From the NCBI GenBank assembly GCA_038496445.1, contig JALMLS010000062.1:496001-560000 (forward strand): a DNA stretch of 64,000 bases, given 5' to 3'. Positions within the stretch are counted from its first letter, which is position 1. Each line of letters begins with the position of its first letter. The stretch comes from Trichosphaerium sp. ATCC 40318 (Eukaryota > Protista > Tubulinea). Made by a program: the position numbers and the translations under genes. Positions 23,029 through 36,822 of the stretch are shown here, piece after piece. The notes beneath the pieces are model-generated. The model did no database searches, had not been told where the DNA came from, and saw nothing but the letters and a program-made list of their open reading frames with translations.

Positions 23029-24340
23029 TTAAAGCTCATCATTATCTTCTTGCACCTCGTCTTCCTTGTTATCTTGCACATCATCCATGCTAATAACAAT
23101 AGCCTTGTTTATAATAACAGGCTCTTTTGGTACATTCTGCATGTTATTTTTCATACCAGTCTCAACACCCTAAAGAACAATTAACACTTTGTACATCTAG
23201 TACCATTGTTTTTTTTGGAAAAGAATGCGATTCAATCTCCTTGCCTTTATTTTGTCTACGACCCTCATGCCTTCAATTACTTTACCAAAAACAGCATATC
23301 CTGCACCATCGCTCTGTGGTTTATCCAAAAACCCATTATCAACGACGTTGATGAAGAACTAATCCAGTCAGTCACGTGCAGAAATATTTTTTGAGTAAAT
23401 GACGTACCTGATTTGAGGCGGAGTTTGGCCTGCCGCCAAGGCGCTAATTAACGATAAGACTGTTTTAAAATAAATATACGTCTACGTACAGCCATAGCGA
23501 TGCTACCACGCGTGTTCTTTAATCCTAACAGAAGGTCAGAGTAAAAAAAAAAACCAAAAAAAAAAAGGGTATTGTTATCGTAATTTTTTTAAATTGATAA
23601 GTACAATACAATTTCTTTCCCTCATTGGAGAAACATTGTCGATTCAGGTCAAGTTAACGGTCTGGTTTGGTAAATCTTTTTTCCATATCCGTCATCAAAC
23701 CGCTCTCAACAGAGCTGATACGAGTTGAACATGTACATTGTTTGTTACGACAAAATGGGTAACGTTCCTGTACCAGAGTTTGACATTCTGTAACTGTTCC
23801 TACTCAACAAACGTCCAAAGAATGAGACCGTAGGGCGCTGTACTACAATTTAGCGATAAAGTCTGCTTTTAGAAAAGTCTGAAGCGTTAACGCCTGACTC
23901 GACAATAAGGTGACGTTTCGTTTTGTTTTATCAAAATTAGTGACTCACCATTGGTCCATTCATTACGAACTTTAGGTCTTTTGGTAAATCTCTTTTCCAT
24001 ATCCTTATCAAAACCGCCACCTTGGTACGAGTTAAAGAGATTGGTTGAGTACAAAATGGGTGATTATTAAATATCGCTTTCTTACCTTGTATCATAAACG
24101 TAGAGATAACCTACGATAGAATTTAGCGCTAATATGTTTTAACCTGTCACGTACGCGATGAAAAATGGTTCCATCGTATTCTCCGTTGGTTACATACGCA
24201 AGGAAATTCTCCACGGACAGTGGAGCCTTCTGAGGGTTGAGCTCAAGAACAATATCGCCTAAAGTAGTTTCGAGGCGAACTTGCGTAACGGCTAGCGTAA
24301 GAGCCAAAGTGGATAAGAAAACAACAACAAGTAATCGCAT
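23029..24340 (-). CDS. Secretory-pathway cyclophilin (peptidyl-prolyl isomerase), bacterial PpiA/PpiB-like
   Basis: Signal peptide, then [76 protein letters not shown] and [12 protein letters not shown]. Ends in acidic ...EDNDEL*. Confidence 0.9.
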
Positions 24341-24803
24341 TGTAAGACCAGGTGATAACAGTTCTAGCAACACTTAATCATAGTTAAGCCAAGCTGTTGT
24401 ATTCATCAACAGACGCTCAATCATGCAGGCAGGAGATATGGAACTGTCACATTAATAATGGCTGATTATTCTATGCTAATGAGACAAAATATCTGATTGA
24501 ATACAACTGTGTTATTGTCGCAATCATGCGCATTTCAATTCTTTTGTGAGCCTCTTCTGGCTTTGATAAAAGCGTTGGAGTCTGTTCTCACCACACGAAA
24601 ATAGCAGCACGGAGAACAAATTTATATCGAGTGTTATTCTTTGTGTTGTGTTTTTGCTATCAATAGAAGGATGCATCTTTCGTATTTCTGAGCATAAACC
24701 AAAGCTATATTCTCAGGCTAACTGAGTTGTTATCGTTAGAACCATAAACAAGAGCAATATGACAAGGAATATAAACTTGTTTTATTGGTTCTGGCTTGTT
24801 GAT

Positions 24804-27593
24804 TTATCGTCTAAGTCTTTTTTCGTACTTCCACAGTGGCTGTGGTGGTTGACGAGGAAGTCCCTTTATACCAAGGAGATGTAATCCAATATCCATAACA
24901 ATATATGCCCCATGGTACAGTAGTGCATGGGTGGAGGAAAACAAGTGTTGCTCTCGCTTGCAAGCACGTATTGATGCTAAATACATTTATTAGATTAACC
25001 AGCCACTTGACTTAGCGTCATCGTACCGAGTGTACACTTTCTTAGGCTCATCAAGTACATTATAATAATAAGCGGATCAGTTGATTCTTCCTTGCTACAA
25101 GAACGCAGAACTTGTGGAAAGTCCGCAATGCAACAAACTAAACTTTCAAGTTGAGGGACATTTGAAAGAAAACCAAAATCAACAGTCTCCATTTCAATAT
25201 CAACGCCATCCTATAAAACAGATATAAATACAGAGAGTGATAATGTAAACACCAATATAACCACATACCGTAAAATCACGAAGCTGTCTGTGTATGTTCT
25301 GTAAGTATGTTGTTGTCTCCGAATAGTTCCACACTCGCTATAAAACCAAAAGTTAGTAATCGGAAGGGTTGATCTTTTGTTGTTGCAACTCTTTGAAACA
25401 TTATGTGACTTACCTCAATGAAGCATTCTTTTGTTCGTTTGTTTTTACAAAAATATAGAACAAGAGCACAATTAACTCTAGCATCAAGCTCATCATCATT
25501 GATATTAACAAAATTAGTTGAAAAAGCAGTCCTCATGCACTGTAATTGTTCACGTAATGGCATGGGTAACCGCCTTGTCATTCTATAACGTGGCTGCATA
25601 CAACCTACAGATACAAATACATTCCGTACAGGCCATCTATCTGGGTCTACAAGCTCTAGTATCTTGAACATTTGTTTAAATTTATCCTTTTCTCTTTCAG
25701 AAACAACATGAAATATACGATCACTTTTATAGATTATTAATCTCATTGTTTCAGTAATAGCTTTAATGTACTAACCTCTTCTCCATCTGTAGTTGTAAAG
25801 CCATATCTCTAGCGATATACAAATTATATCCTTTAGAAGTTTGTAACATTGCATCCTTTAAATCATATTTCTACACGTGTTAGCAAAGTAAAACAAACAG
25901 AAGAAAAAAACAGTTGCAAAGGTTTTTATCACGTACAGATAAATCCACGAATTTACATCCCTCTCGTTCAACGAGGGTGACACCACGTTCTTTAAGTATT
26001 CGAAATAAGTTTTCAACATTAGCCTCTGACTGAAAAGTAATAGAGTCAGGTGAAATATTTAGTTTAGATAGAATTTCATTATGCTCATCCATGCACTCAT
26101 TTCTTATATGATGCCATAGTTTTAAAGTTTCGGGTACACCTAATAAAAACCCAGTAAGAAAAGTATCAATACATATTGGTTCAATATTGTTGAAAGAAGT
26201 TGTAAAGAAAGAGATAAAAGTGGTGTGGAACTTACCTTCATCAATTTCTTTTCTAAATTGCTGAGCTATTTGCATGGTGGTTTTATGACTTGACTGTTCA
26301 CAATATGTGTTCCATATCATTCCAAAGTCATGTAATGGATCTAAAGTTCGAGAGCCTGGGTTATTCTTTTCTGTTTGGTCAATCCACTTGTCTAAAGAAA
26401 AAAAAAACATATTGAGAATAAAGTAAGAAAGGTAAGGGTATACGTTGACACAATTTGCAGTTCAAGGGCTAAGTAATAGCGTATTCAAAAACAAGTTTAT
26501 TGACGAATATCAAAATGGCATACCTTTGAATACAACATCATTGCGTAGTTGCATTTTCACACCTGATTTTAAAGCAATTCTCTCGTCCCTTCCATGACCG
26601 TAAATAGTATGTAACTTTTTGCAAATTGATTCTCCTGTATCCTTATATTCGCCTTTTTTAATCAGCTCACTCAGGGTATATGCACTAAAGTCTGAACTGA
26701 ATTAGGACTTGTGGAGTTCAATTCAATTGGCGTAAAAAAAGATATTACCTTGTTTATGATCAATGTCTCCTTCTAAGCTCACTAAGCGTACATTCGCACC
26801 TAAATGACTAAACAGCCTTGCTAAGAATCCCCCGATAAAAGAAGCACGAAGAGTCTCATGGGTTAGTGGCTCAAGGCTCGCATGTCTAAATACTTTAATT
26901 AATGAGCGAAAACACAAAAAAGAAACAAAACAGAACGAAAAGAATCTGTCAAATGATCCTATTCTACGTTCTCTGTATTCACCTAATCTCTACAATGAAC
27001 TTGCTTCCTTTGTATATATTCGAGCAGCCATAATTGCTCTTCAATTTGAATACTTCCAATAGCGTTTTCTTCAAAAAAAGAGTCCTATTTACCTGTTTTT
27101 CACGTGTTAAAAAAAAGCAGTTACCAATCCCATCCCTCGGTACCTGAAATACGATCATAGAATTTTTGAATGTCGACAGCGATGTTACATACATGTCAGG
27201 GACGAACTAGGTTTGTCAATAAAGAAGTAATTTTTTTGTAGAATAAACACCGAGGCTTTCGTTTGAATAATAGTTATTGCCTACGCGAGTGGTCTTTGAT
27301 ACTTCAATAAAACCGATTTTGGTGCGTGTTTAAGCGAATGAAATTAGTACCTTTTTAATCCAGTTGTTGTACACCACATCGAATGATTCAATGCCAATTG
27401 ACGCTATTGAGACTCTTCTTATGTAATAATAAACATTTCGTTCAGAATGCTTCCATTTTACATGTGATAATGCTATATCTACACTAAGAGCTGGTTCTAG
27501 CTTATTACATAGCTTCGCAACAGCATAGCGGAAAAACTCTACAACAGAGAGGTTTTCAATGTCGTATTCATCACCATTCTTTGGCTCTGCCAT
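24804..27593 (-). CDS. Arginyl-tRNA synthetase-like protein with degenerate HIGH and a C-terminal DALR domain
   Basis: NRTLFLKKTLLEVF...YGCSN...KFIVE, then PLTHETLRASFIGGFLARLF at the HIGH position, IFHVVSERE..KFKQMFKILEL, and DALR-like LVCCIADFPQVL...YLMSL...IVMDIGLHLLGI. Confidence 0.75.
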
Positions 27594-28295
27594 ATTTACA
27601 GAACAAGCGAGTATATAAACGGTTGTAGCTAGTCAACAGCATTTGATTACGTGAATAGTTTGCGTGTAGTGTCACGTTTTGTGACTTTTCGCATAATCGA
27701 ATCTCACATTCCGCGTAGTTTCCTGAAAGATGGCAATGTATGCGATGCAAGACACAACAAAGAATACCTGCTCTGTACTTTGTGGCTCCGTGCTTGAGTT
27801 GTATTATCTCATTACTTTCTTTTCCTACTTGTGTTGCATCGGCAGGCTGTCTTTTAAGGAGCAACTAGTATGCGTATTGCTTTGCACGTAATTACAAATG
27901 ATCAGTGTATTTAGGTGCATGACTCTTACGCACGTGATAACCGCAAGAACGAGTATCTGTAGCGAAAAAAAAAACATACAAAGTAAATGGGAAGAAGGTA
28001 AACCTTGTGGTTCTCGTACTGTACAGTATATTACGCCATTATCTACCAATGACGAAGTAAACGACGTTTCTAACTCATGGAGAAACTTCCCTACAGCTGT
28101 ACTAGATGTACTTTAAACGTCGGTGTGATGTTCCTTGTCGCCGTCATGCATGACTCTGCTTGGCTGCGCTATAAATATCAGTTTCCCTTTTACTTAATTC
28201 GAGTGCACGTTGTCTCTAACAGTCGCCGTAGGCATACTTAACCTGTTGCCAGAAAGTTCAACTTACTCTTCTTACGAAATATCCTAACAACACGA

Positions 28296-29643
28296 ATGAT
28301 AAAGCTACTGATTTTTGTGCTCTCAATCGTATTGGCGGTAAACGCTGCGGATTATCCAACTATACAACGACCACCAATGTTTTCATTCAAAACAGTACCT
28401 GTATTTGCCCACGTGACCAAAGAGGCACCTTTTAACGCAACGGACCTTGATTTTCTTTCAAAATTCCAAATAGTACAATTCGATAAAGGTCAAGGCTTGA
28501 GTTTAGGAGGTAGCCAAGAGGACCGTTTTATTGCGGCTTCAAAACAAATTAAAGATAAAAATCCAAAAATCTTCACTCTCATGTACGTAACTGCTTTCTA
28601 AAATGACGCTTCTAACTAAGTTTATCATTACAGGTATTATAACTCAGTCATCAACTTTCCAGAGTTTGCTTTGTACAATAAAACACGTGGACGTTCTGAT
28701 TTGCTTGTATCTTATCCAAATGGAAGTATCTTACCTTTTCCTTCACCTAAGAAAGGACTGACAACGTTTGATTTGAGCAAACCAGCTATGCGTAAGCTTC
28801 TTATTGACGACTGCTTGAATGGTATAAAAGACGTACGTTGTCATTGTTTTTTTTTGAGAAGTGAAGGCAAGTGTTTAAAGGTTGATGTTCTTTTTAGGGT
28901 TTTGATGGATGTTTCTTTGATAGAGCAAACTGGGCAAAGCAGCTGTATGCAACAAAAGCAATACCCAAAGGATGGACAACAGAAATGATCTATAGTCTTG
29001 CTGAAGGTGGTGTAGCGCTTCTAAAAGAGGTTCAAGGCAATGTCACAGAAAACAATATTGTTTTAGCAAAAGAAACAACTGTTATTGTAGCAGAAGACTG
29101 GCAGTACGCAAATGCGATGATGTTATCGGATAAATTCTGTTCTACCAAAGGAAGCGAATCATCATACGATCCGGATCAATGCGTGATTGATATCGCAGAA
29201 GGTCAAGGCGCGGCTAAAAGGTACGCTGAAACAGATCAACCTGCCTCATAAACAAAAGATGCTTTTTTTAGACCTACCCATGTGCGTTTGCACATGGCGA
29301 TTGTTAGTGTTTTTTCGGAATAATTGGGTTGTTTAGGGGTCAGTTGACTCAAATGCACGTAATTGGACAAAATCAACATGACTTTGAGTTCGGACTAGCA
29401 GCATACCTCGTTGCAATGGGAAAGCTTTCATACTTTTCTTATCAAACTAGAGGCAATGCTTGGACTCTTGCTGGGTTATCTTGGCATAAGGAATACGATT
29501 ACGACCTCGGTGAACCAAAAGGTGATGCTGTTAAGAACGGTTACATCTACACAAGATCATTTGCTTCAGGTACAACTGTTTGGGTCGACGTCAAGAACCG
29601 AAATACAACAATCACATGGGGTAACTCAATAAGTGTAAACTGA
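28296..29643 (+). CDS. Secreted putative glycoside hydrolase (GHL15/GH168-like)
   Basis: Signal peptide, FSFKTVPVFAH, GFDGCFFDR and C-terminal WHKEYDYDLGEPKGDA...YTRSFASGTTVWVD. The family call is from recalled motifs. Confidence 0.65.
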
Positions 29644-30005
29644 GTCCAGGTTATCACCGTGTTGAAATTTACAATAAAAAAAGACTATTTTCAGTACTAG
29701 TAGATGCCAATATGATATAAACTGTTATCACAGTCATTGGGATTTGTTGAGTCGGATACTAGATAAGTCAACTAGTGGATACTGATTTTGAAAATGAGCA
29801 AGACTACAATCAGACATAGTTATAGGTAAACGTTTGAAGACTTTACTCATGGACTGATATGCAAATTAATGTGTCTTTTGTAAACCGAAATAAACATGTG
29901 ATTTTATGTTCTTGATAAAAAGAGATCACGATCACATCCTTATACCAGCCTATAACCTAAAAAGACCTGATCTATTAAGTGCAGCAGTGTAAAAACAGAA
30001 ATGTT

Positions 30006-33000
30006 TTATTTCAATGAGTCTAATAGAGCCTTTGCTCTATTATAGTCAGGCGTATCTACTAGATCTTCGATTACTTTATCAATAGCTGATTGTATAAATA
30101 AAATTGTTTTGTGAGTTTCTTCCTTATCATTAACAGTTTTTGTTGCTTCTACAAGTGTCTCAAGACCATCGACAAGTTTCTTCATTTCTTCAGCCTCTTT
30201 GAACCAAAATACTGTTTGAAGGGCTCTACACTGGTGTCTTCTATATAATAAAGCCTATTCAGGGTTAGTAAGAACACAGGTTGTCGCTTGGATAGCAAAG
30301 ACTTTAAAACATGAATGATGTAGTTGATTTTTTTATGTGTTCAACATTCAGTCTTTTATTGCTTTTGTACCTTATTAAAGTCCTTGAATCCGTGCCAATA
30401 CTTTGAGAATACAGCCCATAAATCGGCGTTAGATGATATCTTTTCGGTTATCTTTGTCATTAATGTAGCAAGTTGTTTACCAACGAATTCAACTATGTAG
30501 CAAATTAGTATTCTTTTTTCCTTCTTTAATTTCTTTTCCGTACCATCGTCTTTATCGCTGTTTTGCTCAATAACAAGCTCAACAAGAAAATCCATAATCT
30601 ACAGTAATACATTAGAATGATATACGTATACTTAAGAGGACTTTCTAGACGAAAAAACGAGTGAAGAAAACTGACATACTTTTACATTTACATATTTCTC
30701 TTTTAGCTCTAAGAGCTCTGACAACGCATGAATTGCTTCTGAAACATCTCCTAGTCTCTTAAGGAATAAATTAGTAAAAGAGAGTAAAGTCTTATACGAA
30801 AAAACAAGCGTACAGTGCTGAGAATTAAATAATTTTCCCACATTTGCCAGCGTCCTCTTCTTTGCCTTAAAGCTTCCTTAAGTGCTGTTTGTGCCTCTTT
30901 ACTATAAATGTGTTTAGTTTAATTGCGAGCATATAGTACTCATATCTCACGTACTTTTTACCAACATGCATATAAATTGATGCGAGGTTACTCCAAGAAT
31001 CTGCGTCCTAATCATAAAAATATGAGCATGTTTTCACGGAAACGAAGGGTGAGACTTTGCACATACGTCAGGGTTCACAGCTGTGACACGTTTGAAGGAT
31101 TGGATTGCTAGTGACCAATTTTGTACCTTAATAGCTGCACAACCCTAAATTGATGCATCAGTAAACAACCGCAAGAAACATCATAGTTTAAAGGCATTAT
31201 TTGCGCACCAAGGTGAACCAGGATCCAGAGAAGCTAGGGTTTACTGCCAGAGCTTCACCGTAATGTTGTATAGATTCTTTCCACTAAATGAGTTGTAAGC
31301 GAAGCGACTTACCTACCAAACGTACATTTTGTTGGTGGAATTTTAATAAACCGAGCTGACGCTTTGCCTTTGCATATCGATTTCCTGATAGAGACCATGA
31401 CTTGTGATAGTGTTCCTCTTTATTCTGTAAATCACCCAATATACACCATAATTCTGGTGTTTCTTCAAGTTTCAATTGACGTAGTACAATCTGCTCAGCC
31501 TAACAATAAAGTCAACAAAAAAAAACTAGTGCGAAACGATTTGCATTGTTTTAGTTACCTTTGATGTTTCCTTCATGATACGGTAACATTGAACAATCTC
31601 TGTCCATAAATCAAGCTTCTCGAATATAATCAAAGCTGATCTCGCAACACCAAGCCTCATATAACCCAAACCAAGATTTTTCTTGAGTTCAACACGGTTT
31701 GGAAAATCCAAACAAAATATATATCTCATACGCTCATCAACACCATGCTTGTACTCTTCTGCTGCCTCGTATTGATCAACAAGTACCTAAAAGCAACTTT
31801 CAGTGACATCTCAGTAAAAATCGAAGTCACGTGATAAACACGTGACCGGCGTTTTCTTGTACCTGGTGTTGCAATAGCCCTCTATCTATATGTCTGTGTT
31901 TTTTGACGTCTAAGTAGCATTGCCATAAAAGTGCGTTGGAGTACACCATCCAGTTTATTGGATTTTTGCGTACTCTTTCAACATACGCTGATATTTTCTC
32001 AACGGAAATATTTGATGTTGGCTGGTTACGTTTTACATCCAAACTAGATAGAAAATGTCAAAGAAGAATGATAGCTGCACGTTCACGAATACAATGAAGC
32101 AAATACTACGAAAAACACAAGGTGTGAACAAAAAAACATTGGTTTGCATTATTTGTGTTGTTTGTACTCGTACCATAATGCCAAGATTATACATTGATCT
32201 ATTGAAGTTAAACTGTCCTTTGGTTTATCTTTATTTGGATCTATAGTCAGGTTGACATAAGGAAGAACCAAGTCATCTTGTGTTTCTGCTTGTTTTGGTA
32301 ATTCTTTCTTTTCTTCGTCTTCCTTCACTACAATAACAGCATGTTAATTACTGCGACAAACTTGCTGTGCTGTGAATCACGTACAGTTACTCTTTGCTTC
32401 AACAGTAAGTTGAGGAGTGTCAAATTGTTGATAGCGAGTTCTTTTTCCCATTGCACCTGTGAGCTTCACCTCGAACCCTGACTTCTTTATAGCTGTTTCA
32501 ATTGATTTCTAAGAGTATGTGAGTATACTTTAAAAACAAAGTCATTAAAGTAATGAGCCACAGAAGAAAAAACAAACAGGAAAAAAATATTTGACAATCC
32601 GCACCTCCGCAGCGCGAGTTTGGTCCATGTACGCCTCCAAAAATAGCGCTATTTCGATATATAATCTTGTACGTAGTATACTATAGATCTATGTTAGTGC
32701 TGTTTACATAAAACCAACAAAAAGGGAGAAACTCACGCTGTAGATTTATCATTATCAAAAATAAACGATGCCTTTTGGAACATTGAGATGCCCTTGAGTT
32801 TTAATGTCTCTGTAGAAGATTCAAGTAGTTTAGCATAAATCTTAACTGTCCTGGCAGCCCACCAAGAAGCAGACTATTGAAATTAGATAACCCACAAACG
32901 AAGGAAAAATAAAGCAAAAAAAAGCCACAAACTGGATTTTTTTTGCCAAATGATGTTACTCACCTTGAGCTTGTCAAAGCACTCTGTATTCTCCAATAGA

Positions 33001-33598
33001 ATCATTTTTGAGAAGTAGAAATACTCTTTAATATCTAGATGCTTGTATACGTATTCTCCATCGACCTCAAGAGCCACACGCATTTTTTTTTTGTCCAAAC
33101 TTCCAAACTATTCATCATCAGTGGGGTTTTTATAATAGGATGCGTAAACGCATTGAATAGTTTGTATTACAGCGATTTAATGTATTTGTAGCGACGTACG
33201 AGTTTTGGTGGTACAATTGGCGGACCAGTCCAATTAGACTGCATGAATATAAGCATGTATACTATACCAAGTAGTAAAACTTGAAATTGGTCCGTTCTTG
33301 ACGTGTGTTTTTGTAAATACGTCTCAATAAATGTACTGGCATCAGCATAGTCTTAATACGCGTTAGTACGTTACCAAACAGCGTTATATACCTTTACAAT
33401 GGTTTGCAATGTCTATTTGTGCTTTAACCAATGTCAACGCCTCCAAATACGCTCCTTTTTCTATCGCATTGATTACGGGAAGAAATTTCTATTATTGTTT
33501 AGAGAAAGTAAGACTAGGGCGCTTACTTTTACTTCTTCTGAATCCTCTACGCCTTTAGGCGATTTAAGCAACAGTAGAGCACGTTCTAAAGCGTCCAT
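30006..33598 (-). CDS. TTC27: Tetratricopeptide repeat protein 27 (Emw1 homolog), many exons
   Basis: QSNWTGPP, LEVDGEYVY, LTGAMGKRTRYQQF, NWMVYSNALL and the TPR blocks LWCILGDL...SGNRYAKAKR. Confidence 0.85.
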
Positions 33599-33916
33599 GC
33601 CTGAATTCCTGCAATTCTTCGCTTTTTCCAGCCACAGAAAGAAAAAACGCGACTTTTGCTTTTTTGGCTCCTAAACACTAAAGTGCTTGCTGTTGTGAAT
33701 AATGTCACCTCATTCCTGATAGACTACGCGCAGTATGTAGCTACGAATTACATTATTCTAGCTGACTGTGGTATTTTAAGGAAAATTGAGACTATCACGT
33801 GACTATTTTGACGAATAATAGACAAATCTAGTGCAAAGTTTAAGCTGAAGCAGTGGACATGGAAAATAAAATAGCAAAAAACTGATCGTGGAGACAAGGA
33901 AATATTATGTTACAGT

Positions 33917-36647
33917 TTATAATAAAACTACAAGTGCAGAGAATAAAACTCCAAGTATTACACTTGTATGAGGTGCTTGTGATGAGCTAGGTATAGTTGT
34001 AGTTGTTGGTCTAGGTGTAGTAGGTGCGATAGGGCCTCCAAGCTCTACCAAAGGATTGCATATTTCTGTATAAGGAGTATAGTCTATACCAGATGCTTGA
34101 ATATTAACACCAATATTAAGCCATCCGTTTGCTAGCCATCTGGGTATATCCAAGTTCTAGAAAATCAGTCAACACTTGTTTTACATGCCAAATGGATAGG
34201 TTTTTTTTAGTACAACAGAACACCGTACTCTTAAATTAGATGCTTCCTTGTAAGGTGCACAAATGCCCAAGCTATATCTAACACCAGTGAGAGTGTAGTT
34301 AGATTGTGTGCAGATCTCCATAGTGTTAACACGAGGGTAGTAGGAAATATAGTTAATACACATTTCTTCATTTGACGCTTCGCCCCACGTGACATTTTCA
34401 CTCCTAGACGAACTATCCCATTCACAATGCAAATGTAGTGAATCGCCTAAACGTGTAAGAAATTTGAACAACCAGTCTAGTCAGTAAGTACCTGGCATGA
34501 TTTTACGACCACGTGGAGGTGCACTAACATCTTGTCTATTGAAATCGTATTGCTCCATATAACCAAGAGGTTCAAGTTCAACACCTATAGCAAAGAACTT
34601 TAGAAACAAAAAACCCGAACACGTGTTTCGCATGAAAATACGTACCATTTCGTATTTGCTGAGTATATGCTTTTGCTCCCAAATTGTGCATGTGAAAGAA
34701 GGTGCTCTGTTGAAATAAAGTTAGTAACTTAAAAAAAAAGAAAAAAAAATTGTGGTTTTTTGACGTACTAATACGTTAATGCCTTCAGCTGGAATATGCT
34801 GACTTGTGCATACACTAGGACATTGGTTCTCAATTGCATGATTTCCAGTATTTGCTGGTATTACAAACTCATAGTCAATAAGTACCAGCAGTCCAATATC
34901 ATGTTGACGAAGATTGTCACTATAAAACAAAATCTAGTGTCAGGTATAATGACGCGTTAAGCAAGTCATGTGCGTACGTATACGAAATCTTAAATCCAGA
35001 GGTATCTTGTAACCCTGAGACTGCATTAACATTATCGTAATGAATCTAAAGTTATGGTGAGTATAATTAGAGTTCGTTTTTGGAAGAAAAACAACTACTG
35101 TCTTAAATGTACCTGTAACATGATATACGTTGGATTAGTTCCATTATCTCCAGCTCCAAAAGGTAGTCCAGCTAAGGGAACAATTAGAATCAAAAAAACA
35201 TGAGAGCAAAGGACAAAACTGTGGGACACCCGTCGGCTTCCGTACCAAACTCAGGCATTATGTTTGTTCCTGCGCCCTTGGCCCAACCAGACCAATTTGC
35301 TCTACAATTAGCGCTCATATCAACACTCCTACATTTTCTATAGAACAGCTCAGTTAATATCAAGCGAATATACGCTAGAAAGAAAGTACCCAGGTCCAGT
35401 AAAGTCTGGTTCAACTAGACAATGATACATAATCATGTGGTGAACAAGATCAGGATGATCAATAATAGGTTCAATGCGAACTGCATGATACTTCGTATTG
35501 TTAGGGAGTGCGTGTTTTGAGCAAATATATGTTGTCCGTTCAGGTGAAATATCATGTGTTGGTGTACGGATACTAAGCTCAGAGTAAACTGTAGTATCAA
35601 CCTAAAAAACAAACACGTGAGTTTTTTTTCTAATTTTGCAGTTTCAGTCAACAAAGTATTCGTTAGGGCTGAGTATACCACGTATGTGATGTTCACATGT
35701 TTGTTGTTTTAATTACGGTAATGATAGCGCAGTTAAAAAACGACAAGCCTTCTAAATTGAGCAATTGCAAAAAAAGTTTTCTTGTCAACTTTCTTTCGAG
35801 AAACAATAACTTACAACTGGCTCCTCTATCGATAGAAGGTTGATAAACTCTGATCCACGGTTTGCACTATGATATGCGAATGTATCTGTTTCACCAAAGG
35901 CGTATATTATCCATTTTTCTCTATCGTAGACGTTGTAATCTTCTTGGACGTCACAGCTTATTAGTGGTCTTTGAAAAACAAATACAGTTACTACATCGTT
36001 TCCATTACCAACACGGTATCCCTACGAGGTAGTTTTTAGTTAGTTTCCAGCTGGTGCCCGGGTAAAAATTGTGATTTAAAGGTCGAACAGAACTCACCTC
36101 AATGAGCTTCTTTTGGTCTTGACTAGCGTCCATTGTTGGCATTTCAAACTCGGTAGAGAATCTATCCTCAATAACAAAAGAATTTGTACTTTCTTCTCTA
36201 AGTACAGCAATATCAGCGCCTTTCATTCCACCATTCGCTGAGAAACCAAAACCGACCCATCCGCCTGTATTTTAAGTTAGCACGTAGTTTTGAATTACAA
36301 CTACTTTACTGACTCGCAGGGCTACCTAGTACAGCCAAAGGCAACGAACGAACCATAAAACAATTCGATTTAATAACAAAAAAGCAATGTGTTATTTTCA
36401 GCTTTATGTGCCCTAACGGTAGTGATTTATACGTACCTGTGCGTACAACGCAAGCAATAGTGATTTGTTTTTCTTCAGCGTTTACTTTCCAAAAAGCAAC
36501 ATAGTCATCGTTCAATGCTGCGCCGGAAGTGTATGGAGTTGCATCAAAAACACTAGAAAAGGGATGCGTTTGGGTAAAGCCTTGGTGCGCTGTTACCAAA
36601 CCGCACAAAAGCACTAAAAGCGATAGTGCACAAACGCTTAATCTCAT
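33917..36647 (-). CDS. MOXD1: DOMON + copper type II ascorbate-dependent monooxygenase (DBH/MOXD1-like), probably GPI-anchored
   Basis: Signal peptide, GWVGFGFSANGGMKGADIAV (DOMON), HHVLS, WAKG, FFHMHNLG, QYDFNRQ and WGEASNEEMCINYISYYPR, followed by a Thr-rich linker and hydrophobic tail. Confidence 0.88.
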
Positions 36648-36822
36648 TGTACGACGATTCGCGTGGTAAATACTTTACTAAATTCTGTTATGAATTTGGG
36701 TGCCAAATACTATCACAAAACAAGTCCACCCCTTTTTTCCAATTTGTCTACAATTTATTTCTTCTTTATTTACAACTGCTAAAACAGGACCAAAATGATG
36801 ATTTTTTCTTTTTGGGTGGTAT

